DNA of 64,000 bases from an uncultured Candidatus Saccharibacteria bacterium (GTDB lineage Bacteria; Patescibacteriota; Minisyncoccia; Phycocordibacterales; UBA6899). Of this stretch, positions 1 through 9,084 are shown in pieces. The first letter of the stretch is position 1. Each line of letters starts with the position of its first letter. The stretch spans positions 22,482-86,481 of the forward strand of contig CAZERF010000005.1 of the NCBI GenBank assembly GCA_964515375.1, in the 5' to 3' direction. Made by a program: the position numbers and the translations under genes. The notes beneath the pieces were generated by a model. That model was not told the DNA's origin, ran no database searches, and saw only the letters and a list, made by a program, of their open reading frames with translations.

Positions 1-1163
1 GTGAGTGCACGCTGACCCGCCTGTATCTTTCTTTCCTCGATAAAGCCGCGAAGCTTTCCTCGCGCGTTCTCAATGCGCCACTTCACGTGCCCCATATCGT
101 CGGAACGCAATCCTTCAGCAAGGTCGGCATCCGCATCGGCGTGCACGATCTCCACTTCGCCGAGACGTACCGGAATATCTTCCTGATGGGCAAGTGATTC
201 TTGCTTCTTTTTGAGCTGCTTTTCCTCGTACTCGATCATTCCTTCGATACGCCCGGCATTGCGAGAAAGTTCGTCATGGCGACGGCGCACGTCGCGCAAC
301 TTTGCTTCCACTTCAAGAAGCTGACGACTCTTTTCGTCCCCTACGCTCTCGCGTGCCAAAAGCTCTCGCGAATACGCGATCTTGATGTTAAGATCGGCAA
401 GTTCTTGCGCCGGACCCTTGCGTCGTTCCGCGATCTCTTCCCTTTTTCGTCCAAGATAGACCTCTTCGCGCTCGAGATACTCGCGATAGAGTCCGATAAG
501 GCGATCACGGAGCGCACGCCCTTCGTTCACCTTCTCCACTTGTTTCTTGAGGAAGCGCAAATGCGGAGCGATCTCACGACGCAGTGCCTCAGCATCTTTC
601 ATGTTCTCTTCGGTACGCTCCAGACGACGCTCGCTTTCAGCGCGCTTGTACTGGTAGACCTTGAGTCCGAGCGCGTCCTCGAGCATCTCGCGGCGCTCCT
701 TGGGGTTGGCGTTTAAGATACGGTCCGCCTCACCCTGAGAGATCATGTGGTGACCCGACGCGCCGATATGCACCGCCGCGAGAAGTTCAAAAACATCACG
801 CAAGCGCACTTGCGAACCATTGATGAAGTATTGATTGGAGCCGTCGCGATAGACCTCGCGCGCGATCGCGACCTCGTCGAAATCAAGCGCGAATTCACGC
901 TTTGAATTATCAAAGACGATCGTGACATTGGCGCGATTGGCGCGAGAAGCGGACTGAGAGCCGTTGAAGATCATATCTTCTCCACGCTTGCCGCGCATGG
1001 ATTTCATGGATTGCTCGCCGAGAACAAAACGGATCGATTCGGCAACGTTGGATTTGCCGGAACCGTTCGGTCCGACGATCGAGGTGATCTGCGAGTTGAA
1101 CTCCAAAGTCGCCTTTCTTCCAAAAGACTTGAATCCATAGATCTCCAATCGCTTGAGGCGCAT
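1..1163 (-). CDS. smc: Chromosome segregation protein SMC, 5' part (runs off the window start)
   Basis: Missing from the ORF track. Manual translation from ATG 1163 gives MRLKRLEIYGFKSF...IVGPNGSGKSNVAESIRFVLGEQSMKSMRG (SMC N-terminus with Walker A), followed by coiled coil. Confidence 0.93.
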   Translation of the reverse strand, partial: MRLKRLEIYGFKSFGRKATLEFNSQITSIVGPNGSGKSNVAESIRFVLGEQSMKSMRGKRGEDMIFNGSQSASRANRANVTIVFDNSKREFALDFDEVAIAREVYRDGSNQYFINGSQVRLRDVFELLAAVHIGASGHHMISQGEADRILNANPKERREMLEDALGLKVYQYKRAESERRLERTEENMKDAEALRREIAPHLRFLKKQVEKVNEGRALRDRLIGLYREYLEREEVYLGRKREEIAERRKGPAQELADLNIKIAYSRELLARESVGDEKSRQLLEVEAKLRDVRRRHDELSRNAGRIEGMIEYEEKQLKKKQESLAHQEDIPVRLGEVEIVHADADADLAEGLRSDDMGHVKWRIENARGKLRGFIEERKIQAGQRAL

Positions 1164-1210
1164 TATCCTTCTATTCTAGCACAAGAATGCGCGAAAGAGA
1201 GCGGAGCAAT

Positions 1211-1918
1211 TCACACTCCCCACCCCTTCACACCAAGCGCCGCCTGAGCCGCCACTTGCTCCGCGTCTTGCTTGGAGCGACCGTGTCCTTTTGCGATCAA
1301 GTCACTTCCCACGTACACGCCCACTTCAAAGCTTTTGTCATGATCAGGGCCCGATTCCTTGGTGACCACATAATTTGGAGTGATTCCGATCCGCTCCTGT
1401 GCTTCCTCCTGAAAACGACTTTTTGCATCCTGCCAAAGGCGCTTTCCCACAATATCGTCGAGGCGCTTAAAAAGGCTTTTGCCGATGAAGTCGCGAGCGA
1501 TATCGTAACCCTGATCAAGGAAGATCGCGCCGATCACCGCCTCAAATGTGTTCGCCAAGATATATTGTCGCGCGCGCCCGGTATCCTTTGACTCCCCGCG
1601 CGAAAGCAAGAGGTATTCGTTCATATTCCACTCGGTCGCGGCATCGGAGATGGAGTTGGTATTCACGAGTGCGGAACGATATGCCGTGAGTCTTCCTTCC
1701 GGCTCTTCGGGATATTGCGCAAAGAGATATTCAGTGATGACAAGTTCGAGTACCGCGTCACCAAGAAATTCGAGACGTTCGTTGTGACGCATCCCCGTCC
1801 CACGGTGTTCATTCAAGTACGAACGATGTGTGAAGGCCTCACGCAACAGGGTGATGTCCTTGAACGCGACACCGATACGTGCCGCAAATTGCTCATAATC
1901 GAAAGTGGAGTGTTCCAT
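1211..1918 (-). CDS. rnc: Ribonuclease III
   Basis: HNERLEFLGDAVL signature and C-terminal dsRBD; start moved to MEHST. Confidence 0.97.
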   Translation of the reverse strand: MEHSTFDYEQFAARIGVAFKDITLLREAFTHRSYLNEHRGTGMRHNERLEFLGDAVLELVITEYLFAQYPEEPEGRLTAYRSALVNTNSISDAATEWNMNEYLLLSRGESKDTGRARQYILANTFEAVIGAIFLDQGYDIARDFIGKSLFKRLDDIVGKRLWQDAKSRFQEEAQERIGITPNYVVTKESGPDHDKSFEVGVYVGSDLIAKGHGRSKQDAEQVAAQAALGVKGWGV

Positions 1919-2090
1919 GATGTGGAGCACCATTCTCAAAAGCACTCAAAATAATGATAAGGGAGTGTTTTTGAGAAAGGTCCTTACAAAAAAGACTAAC
2001 AAATCCAACCAACTTTGACAAGCGGCGCGCGCACGTGGTCAAATATCCATAGCGTACAACGAATACTTGATCTCGAAGAAAAAAGGGTGA

Positions 2091-3005
2091 TCACGCAGCC
2101 TTCTGCATGATGATCGTCAAACCCTTCGTAATGATCGGAAGAATGTCGTCGTAGATATTGAGATCAACGATCTCGGACGCCTTGAACCATCGTGCGTCAT
2201 CGAGTCCACCCTTCCCTTCCTCAAGCGCAAGCGCCTCAAGCGGTGCCGCCGCCAAGAAATAGGTCACATGCTTGCGGATCTTGCCGTTCTCGGGATGCGA
2301 GGCGATGTATTCATTCTCACCGAGTTTTTCTTCGATCACGATAGTGGCGTCAATCTCTTGTTTGATCAAACGAACAGTGCCGCTCTCGGGAGTCTCTCCT
2401 TCTTCCATATGCCCCTTCGAGAGTGTCCAGTGTCCAAAGATGTCATGTACGAGAGCAAGATAGATCTCCCCCCCGGTGCGCGAGTACACCACCGCGCCAC
2501 CCAGACGCTCGACAGGAAGTGTCGCGGGGTCAACGACCTGCTGAGCACGACGCTCTCGAGGCTGGGTCGTTTCGTCCTTCCCCGGCTCGCCGATCTCCTT
2601 GTAGACTGCCCCCAGGACACCATTGACGAATTTGCCACTGTTTTCGCCACCAAAGGTCTTGGCAAGCTCGATCGCCTCATTGATCGCAACCTTGGGAGGA
2701 ACCTCACCGCGATCGCCAAAAAGAAGCTCACAGAGGCCGATACGAAGCACATTGCGGTCGACAACGGAGATACGGTCAATAGGCCACGCAGGGGCGGCCT
2801 TTTCGATGATGCGATCGAGTTCGGGTTGCTTGGCGAGAACGTTTTTGAGTAACGTCTCGATGAATGTATTGTCATTGAGTCCGGGCGCAAACTCGGCAAC
2901 ATTGCGCGCAATGACCTCCTCGACACCTGAGGGGTTGCGACCATTGAAGTCCCATTCAAAAAGGGTTTGCAATACGATACTGCGTGAAAGGTGCCGATTT
3001 GCCAT
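2091..3005 (-). CDS. nusB: NusB antitermination factor fused to a C-terminal NUDIX-fold domain
   Basis: DRNVLR...VAINEAIELAKTFG...FVNGVL; C-terminal WTLSKGHMEEGETPESGTVRLIKQE is Nudix-like. Confidence 0.92.
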   Translation of the reverse strand: MANRHLSRSIVLQTLFEWDFNGRNPSGVEEVIARNVAEFAPGLNDNTFIETLLKNVLAKQPELDRIIEKAAPAWPIDRISVVDRNVLRIGLCELLFGDRGEVPPKVAINEAIELAKTFGGENSGKFVNGVLGAVYKEIGEPGKDETTQPRERRAQQVVDPATLPVERLGGAVVYSRTGGEIYLALVHDIFGHWTLSKGHMEEGETPESGTVRLIKQEIDATIVIEEKLGENEYIASHPENGKIRKHVTYFLAAAPLEALALEEGKGGLDDARWFKASEIVDLNIYDDILPIITKGLTIIMQKAA

Positions 3006-3062
3006 ATGATGAAGATCCTACAGAAAGCAGTATAGGTAAATTACCCTTTCAGGTCAAGGAAA

Positions 3063-3098
3063 AAAGAACGACCCGTTTTGTTCGGATCGTTCTTTTCG
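3063..3098 (-). terminator. Intrinsic terminator after rpmF
   Basis: AAAAGAACGA...TCGTTCTTTT inverted repeat with a U-tract on the minus strand. Confidence 0.65.
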
Positions 3099-3099
3099 C

Positions 3100-3399
3100 C
3101 TATTCGGCTGCTTTTTCTTCTTTCTTTTTTGTCTCCTTCTTCTTTTCTTTCGTCTCCTTCACTTCCTCCGCGGGGGCGGCCTCTACGCCCTTCTTCTCCG
3201 CCTTCTTTGCTACACGGAGTGTTTTCTTCATCGTATCGACGACCTCACGGCCGCGATAGGTGCCACAATTTCCGCAAACACGATGCATCAAATGCTCTTT
3301 ATTGCACTTTTCGCAGACGACAAATCGTGCACCCTTGAGTGCATGATGTGAACGACGGTTCGCCGTGTGGCCCTTTGTGTGTCGCATTCTTACAACCAT
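3100..3399 (-). CDS. rpmF: 50S ribosomal protein L32 with a Lys/Glu-rich tail
   Basis: RRSHHAL, CEKC...HRVCGNCGTYRGR zinc ribbon. Confidence 0.95.
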   Translation of the reverse strand: MVVRMRHTKGHTANRRSHHALKGARFVVCEKCNKEHLMHRVCGNCGTYRGREVVDTMKKTLRVAKKAEKKGVEAAPAEEVKETKEKKKETKKKEEKAAE

Positions 3400-3448
3400 A
3401 ATTCCAACAGTATACGCAAAAGCCTAAAAATAGCAAGCGGGTGGTGGG

Positions 3449-4060
3449 TCACTTTTTCGCGTTGAGGAAATTGGCACAAAATGTCCTACGGTGCAAGGGG
3501 GAAAGCCCGTGTTTTGCAATCGCATGAATATGCTCGGCCGTCCCATAGCCCACATTACGCTCAAATCCGTACTGAGGATAACTGAGTGCTTCTTTCGACA
3601 TTTTCCGGTCACGAAGCACCTTGGCGACAACAGAAGCCATGGCGATCACGGTCTCTTGCGCGTCGCCGTGAATAATGGTCTTTTGGTGCGCATAGATATT
3701 CGGGGCACGCAATCCACCGTCCAAGAGTACTTCGACCGTACCAGGGTCAAGGGAAAGTTTTGCGAGTGAACGAGCGAGCGCGAGTCGTATCGCCGCACTG
3801 ATCCCCTTTTGATCAATGACCGACGCGGAGACAAATGAGGTTGCGAACAAAAGCTCAGGCCCTCGCGCGTGAAACAAACGCGCATACCATTCCTCACGCG
3901 CGCGCGGAGAAAGTTGTTTTGACTCCCTGATCTGCACGAAACTTTTGACCATCGCCGGAGATGCGGCGAGCGCGCAGACAGCAACGGGGCCCGCAAGTGG
4001 TCCGCGCCCCACTTCGTCAATGCCGACGATCTGCCGAATCTTGTGCATGCCCTTCAGCAT
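3449..4060 (-). CDS. rnhB: Ribonuclease HII
   Basis: GIDEVGRGPLAGPV, LLDG, ASVVAKV, GYGT..H, HRRTF; start approximate. Confidence 0.95.
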   Translation of the reverse strand: MLKGMHKIRQIVGIDEVGRGPLAGPVAVCALAASPAMVKSFVQIRESKQLSPRAREEWYARLFHARGPELLFATSFVSASVIDQKGISAAIRLALARSLAKLSLDPGTVEVLLDGGLRAPNIYAHQKTIIHGDAQETVIAMASVVAKVLRDRKMSKEALSYPQYGFERNVGYGTAEHIHAIAKHGLSPLHRRTFCANFLNAKK

Positions 4061-4170
4061 AGTAATGAAGTGAAGAAATGACAACAAAAAAAAGATCCTT
4101 GACAAAACAACAAAAAACGTGCATTATCCCCAATAGAAGTACTCTATTCACAACCGTAAAGGAGAAAGCC

Positions 4171-4887
4171 GTGGACGTCCCCTCTTTTGGCGCAGGTGTG
4201 TTCGCCGGACTGAGCATCTGGTTCTGGGTGTTGCTCTTCATTGAGGCAGGCCTAGGGATCTTCTTAGTCCGTAGTGGATACGGACTGATAGGTGCGTTGT
4301 CGATCATCGCATTCTTTCTCGTCGCGCACTTTTTGACGGGGTTTGATGTCGTTGCCTTCGTCACGCTCTACTGGCACTGGATCATTCTCTGGTTTTTTCC
4401 TGTTGGGGTTTTCGTATCGTTTCTCAAATGGGATCGTTACGTAAAGCGAACACTCGCAGATGTCCAAAAAGATATTTCTTGCGCCATGAAGGAAGCAAGC
4501 CACGAACTTCGAACAACTCGCTGGGAAGACCAAGAAGAGACAACAAGGGTTGCGGGGAAAATAACCTTGCCAGATGATGTCCGCAAGGACCCGGAGAGAA
4601 TCGAAGCAATGGCGAGTGATCTAGACAAGGGAGTGACACCGGAGTGTCTTGTCACACATATTCGCCGGACCCTTCACTACCATCCCGACCTCATCAACTG
4701 GAAAGAGAACAAGAGCCGCATTGCAAGCTGGGTCATCTTCTGGCCGTTCGCACTGATCGGATATTTCTTCGACGACCTTCTTGATGTGATCATCGGCTTC
4801 TTTGGTAAGGCATACACCAAGATCGAAAAGAGGAACATCAGCAACTCCAACATTGACGTACGATTCATTGAGAGTGAAGTGAAATAA
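4171..4887 (+). CDS. Hypothetical membrane protein
   Basis: AAGGAG SD then GTG at 4171; several hydrophobic helices; TTGACA at 4099 upstream; terminator downstream. Confidence 0.7.
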   Translation: MDVPSFGAGVFAGLSIWFWVLLFIEAGLGIFLVRSGYGLIGALSIIAFFLVAHFLTGFDVVAFVTLYWHWIILWFFPVGVFVSFLKWDRYVKRTLADVQKDISCAMKEASHELRTTRWEDQEETTRVAGKITLPDDVRKDPERIEAMASDLDKGVTPECLVTHIRRTLHYHPDLINWKENKSRIASWVIFWPFALIGYFFDDLLDVIIGFFGKAYTKIEKRNISNSNIDVRFIESEVK

Positions 4888-4906
4888 AAGAAAGTTCAGC
4901 AAAACC

Positions 4907-4938
4907 AAAGGGTTCGGAATGATTTCCGGACCCTTTTT
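4907..4938 (+). terminator. Intrinsic terminator
   Basis: AAAGGGTTCGGAA/TTCCGGACCCTTT stem followed by a T-run. Confidence 0.75.
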
Positions 4939-5013
4939 GTGTACAAAAAACATAACGGCAATGCAGTGACGCAAAAAAAATAGCGCGTTCTTTATAGAGA
5001 ACGCGCCCGGAGG

Positions 5014-5443
5014 TCAATGCAAATGATAATGGGAGCCGAATCTTTTGCAGAATAGCGCAAAGACATGCTGCTCGATCTTGTGATACCACATACCGACCCA
5101 TGCCCAGTACAGAACAGTCAAGAAAAAGAAAATGGCGATCGGAAAATTCCAAGCAGTAGAAAGGTCGGGATGAATCAGTCGAAGATGCACAAAAAGCACC
5201 ATCACGAGAAAAAGCGTAACCCTCAAGAATCGCACATGGGTCATGAGCGCACACATGGACGGGTCGCCGTAGAGCATTTTTCTCCACTCGAGATTAAGCA
5301 AAGCGAGGCGGGTCGCGTCGGTATCTTGCTCATCAAGAGCCCGAACCCGATCACGATTCCCGACAAAAACCGCAGGACGAAATGCGTTGTGAAACGCCGA
5401 TATGGCAATCCTGGCGACACGGTCAAAAAAAACGCGACTTCAT
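5014..5443 (-). pseudogene. Small membrane protein gene frameshifted in a T8 tract
   Basis: SD-like GAAGGGGG and ATG 5443 run into TGA after T8 (5425-5432); T7 would join the open frame ending at 5014 (142 aa, 2 TM). Confidence 0.55.
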
Positions 5444-5588
5444 GGATACTTCCCCCTTCAAAGAACTCTACTCATTACTCTAGCACCCGGAAAGACTTGT
5501 GGCGAAAAAATTCTTGCGTCTTTGCCGGAAAATCAGTAAAACACTCAATCCCCATCCGACTTCCGCCGACTCTGCTATAATAGTGCGC

Positions 5589-8500
5589 ATGAGTGAGGAA
5601 GTTCAAAAAACAGAGACAAAATTCGTTCACCTCCATACCCACACCCACTATTCCCTGCTTGACGGACTCTCAAAGCCGCATGAACTCGTCAAGATCGCGA
5701 AGGAAGAAGGCATGTCCGCGATCGCGATCACCGACCACGGCGCGATGTATGGAGTCATTGACTTCTACCAGGCCTGCAAAAAAGCAGAGGTCAAACCGAT
5801 CATCGGTATCGAGGCCTATGTCGCCAACCGCACGCGCTTTGACAAAGAACCAGGGATCGACAACAAGCGCTTCCACCTGACCCTTCTTGCCGAGAACATG
5901 ACGGGGTACAAGAACCTCATCAAACTCACCACCGCGGCGAACCTCGAAGGCTACTACTACAAACCCCGCATGGACAAAGACCTCTTACGCACGCATGCGG
6001 AAGGGATCATCGCGCTCTCGGGCTGCCCCGCGGGTGAGCTCGGCCGCGCGATCCTACGCGAACAAGACATGGATCATGCAAAAGAGATCATCGCCGAATA
6101 TCAGGAGATCTTCGGAAAAGAAAATTACTTCCTTGAGATCATGTGGCACGAGGATGTCGAAGGATTCGAGCAGTGGAAAAAAGCACTCATCGCCCTTTCA
6201 AGAGAAACCGGTGTTCCCCTCGTCGCAACACAAGACTCCCACTACCCCACGCTCGATCACGCCAAGGCACACCAAACACTCCTTGCGGTCTCGACCGGTT
6301 CCGATCTTGGCGAATCGGGTATCTTCCAAGGGGGTGGACGCTATCACTTCATGGGAGGTGAGGAAGCAATGACGCTCTTCCATGAGATCCCCGAAGCAGT
6401 CACCAATACCGTCATGATCGCAGATCGCTGCAATGTCGAACTCACACTGGGTAAATTTGTCTTTCCCGACTTCGATCTCCCCCCCGGAGTGACCGCAGAT
6501 GACGCGCTCGCCGAACTCACCACAAAAGGCATGAAGGAGCGAGGACTTTCAGGGGAAGAAGTTGAGGAGCGCCGTCGATACGAACTCGAGGTCATTAAAA
6601 ACAAAGGATATTCACCGTATTTTCTCGTCGTCGCCGACCTTCTTCGTTTTGCAAAAGAAGTCGGGATCTACACCACCGTCCGAGGGTCCGCCGCAGGATC
6701 GTTCGTTGCGTACCTTGCGGGGATCACCAACGTCAACCCGATCGAATTTCAACTTCCGTTCGAACGCTTCTTGAACCCCTTTCGACCCTCCGCGCCCGAT
6801 ATCGATATGGACTTCGCGGATAACCGTCGTGAAGAGGTGATCGAATATGCAAAACGCAAATATGGCGCCGACAAGGTGGCGCAGATCGGGACCTTCGGCA
6901 CAATGATGGCACGTGGTGCAGTACGCGATGTCGCCCGCGCGCTCGGCAAACCCTACGATGTCGGCGACCGCATCTCCAAGATGATCCCAATGGGCTCGCA
7001 AGGATTCCCAATGACGATCGACCACGCCATGGAACTCGAACCGGACCTGAAGAAAGTATATGACACGGAGCACGAAGCACGAGAGATCCTCGACATCGCG
7101 CGCAAGCTTGAAGGGACCGTACGGCATGTCTCGGTCCACGCGGCAGGAGTCGTGATCGCACCAAAGCCACTCGTCGAGTATGTCCCAACCCAGTTTGACC
7201 CCAAGGGTGGCAAACTCATCACGCAGTACGATATGTATACGGTCGGTGAGGACGGCGTTGGCCTCACCAAACTCGACTTCCTCGGGATCAGAAATCTTGC
7301 GATCTTGGGTGACGCGGTGCGACTCGTCAAAAAACATCGCAACATCGATATTGAGATCGAGAAGATCGACTTTGCCGACAAGAAAACATTTGCCATGCTT
7401 GCACGCGGTGAGACCGAAGGACTCTTTCAGTTGAACGGGAGCGGCATGACGAAACATTTGACAGAACTCCATCCCACGACCGTTCATGATATCAACGCCA
7501 TGGTGGCACTCTATCGCCCCGGACCGATGAACAATATTCCCGAATACATCGCGCGTAAACAGGGCAAGAAACGAATCACCTATTTTCACCCGAAAGCGGA
7601 AAAATTCCTCGCAAAATCCTATGGCGTGCTCGTCTATCAAGATGATCTTCTCTATACCGCACTCGAACTCGCCGGATACAACTGGGAATCCGTCGACAAA
7701 TTTCGCAAGGCGGTCGGAAAGAAGATCCCCGCGGAAATGGCCAAACAGCACGTTATTTTCGTCGAGGGATGCCAGTCGCACAGCAAGATGACCGCGGAGG
7801 AGGCCGAGGCGATCTGGGCACTCTTTGAACCCTTCCAAGGATACGGCTTCAACAAAGCGCACGCCGCGTGCTACGGTCGTGTCGCGTATCAGACCGCATT
7901 CATGAAGGCGAACTTTCCCGCCGAATATATGTGCGCGGTACTCACCGCGGAGTCCGGCGACACCGAGACGATCGCAACCATGATCGGCGAGTGTAAGCGC
8001 ATGAAGATCCCGGTGCTTCCTCCCGACATCAATGCCTCCGTTGCCGACTTTACTGTCGTGAAGGGAGAGACCGAAACAGAAGACCAAATTCGTTTTGGTT
8101 TGTATACGATCAAAAATCTCGGCGAAGCGATCTCCGACGCGATCATTACGGAACGTGAAGCGAACGGACACTATCGTTCCTTCACCGAATTTCTCGAACG
8201 TGTCACACACAAAGACCTCAACAAAAAATCCATGGAAGCACTCATCAAGGCGGGGGCATTCGACTCCTTCGGCGAAGACCGCGGCGCGCTCCTGCATAAT
8301 CTCGATGATGCACTCGAGTACCACAAGGCACACGCGAGAGAGAAAGAATCCTCCCAAGTCTCACTCTTTGCCGCAGTATCCGAAACGGCGCGACTCCCCT
8401 CCTTCCGCATGCGTCCCGCACCTGAAGCATCAAAGGACGATATGCTTCGCTGGGAAAAAGAGCTCCTGGGACTCTACATTTCCGGACACCCGCTCGAGAA

Positions 8501-8810
8501 ACATCGCGAGAAGATGGAAAAGGCCGGCGTGAACATCAAGAACCTTGCGGCAAACGGCTACGAAGGGACAAACACCGTGCTTGCCGGGATCATCGAAGAG
8601 GTGCGTATCGTCATCACAAAAAAGAACGAGCACATGGCATTCGTGAAGGTCGCCGACTTTACCGGTGCGATCGAAGTTGTCTTCTTCCCTCGCACATACA
8701 CCGAATGTAAGGAGCAGATCGTCCTCGACCGCTGTATCGCAGTGAAGGGACGTTTCTCCCGTCGCAACGACTCCCCCTCTGTGGTCGCCGAGAACGTGAA
8801 GGCCCTCTAA
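5589..8810 (+). CDS. dnaE: DNA polymerase III alpha subunit
   Basis: FVHLHTHTHYSLLDG (PHP), RGSAAGS, PDIDMDF, YGFNKAH, C-terminal OB fold. Confidence 0.98.
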   Translation: MSEEVQKTETKFVHLHTHTHYSLLDGLSKPHELVKIAKEEGMSAIAITDHGAMYGVIDFYQACKKAEVKPIIGIEAYVANRTRFDKEPGIDNKRFHLTLLAENMTGYKNLIKLTTAANLEGYYYKPRMDKDLLRTHAEGIIALSGCPAGELGRAILREQDMDHAKEIIAEYQEIFGKENYFLEIMWHEDVEGFEQWKKALIALSRETGVPLVATQDSHYPTLDHAKAHQTLLAVSTGSDLGESGIFQGGGRYHFMGGEEAMTLFHEIPEAVTNTVMIADRCNVELTLGKFVFPDFDLPPGVTADDALAELTTKGMKERGLSGEEVEERRRYELEVIKNKGYSPYFLVVADLLRFAKEVGIYTTVRGSAAGSFVAYLAGITNVNPIEFQLPFERFLNPFRPSAPDIDMDFADNRREEVIEYAKRKYGADKVAQIGTFGTMMARGAVRDVARALGKPYDVGDRISKMIPMGSQGFPMTIDHAMELEPDLKKVYDTEHEAREILDIARKLEGTVRHVSVHAAGVVIAPKPLVEYVPTQFDPKGGKLITQYDMYTVGEDGVGLTKLDFLGIRNLAILGDAVRLVKKHRNIDIEIEKIDFADKKTFAMLARGETEGLFQLNGSGMTKHLTELHPTTVHDINAMVALYRPGPMNNIPEYIARKQGKKRITYFHPKAEKFLAKSYGVLVYQDDLLYTALELAGYNWESVDKFRKAVGKKIPAEMAKQHVIFVEGCQSHSKMTAEEAEAIWALFEPFQGYGFNKAHAACYGRVAYQTAFMKANFPAEYMCAVLTAESGDTETIATMIGECKRMKIPVLPPDINASVADFTVVKGETETEDQIRFGLYTIKNLGEAISDAIITEREANGHYRSFTEFLERVTHKDLNKKSMEALIKAGAFDSFGEDRGALLHNLDDALEYHKAHAREKESSQVSLFAAVSETARLPSFRMRPAPEASKDDMLRWEKELLGLYISGHPLEKHREKMEKAGVNIKNLAANGYEGTNTVLAGIIEEVRIVITKKNEHMAFVKVADFTGAIEVVFFPRTYTECKEQIVLDRCIAVKGRFSRRNDSPSVVAENVKAL

Positions 8811-8821
8811 AAACCGCGAGT

Positions 8822-8850
8822 TTGACCTCTGAACGCGCGAGCGCTATACT
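8822..8850 (+). promoter_or_regulatory. Sigma70 promoter of the thrS leader
   Basis: TTGACC-17 nt-TATACT. Confidence 0.8.
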
Positions 8851-8856
8851 CAAAAA

Positions 8857-9040
8857 GTTCACGAGATCGCTTTGGCAACCAACCGAAGGCGACGGGAGAC
8901 CGTCGCGGATCACATCCCCAATCAAGAACACAACAAAGAGTCCTTGGGAATACTCAAGGAAATCGAGGTGGAACCGCGGCACATCGCTCGCCCTCGCAAG
9001 TACATGACCAACGTCGTGTTCTCGCGAGGGCGTTTTTGTT
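8857..9040 (+). ncRNA. T-box riboswitch (Thr), transcriptional type, compact 5' domain
   Basis: Stem III at 8941-8960; T-box AATCGAGGTGGAACCGCG at 8961-8978; terminator CGCCCTCGC/GCGAGGGCG-TTTTT at 8989-9037; directly upstream of thrS. Confidence 0.85.
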
Positions 9041-9084
9041 CCCCCTTCGACACTGTTCGCATTATTCATTCATTACCACACATC

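Noticed and set aside
201-716. 171-aa plus-strand ORF
   Set aside because: Antisense shadow of smc.
8872-9084. 71-aa N-terminal extension of ThrRS
   Set aside because: This sequence is the T-box leader; homology starts at ATG 9085.
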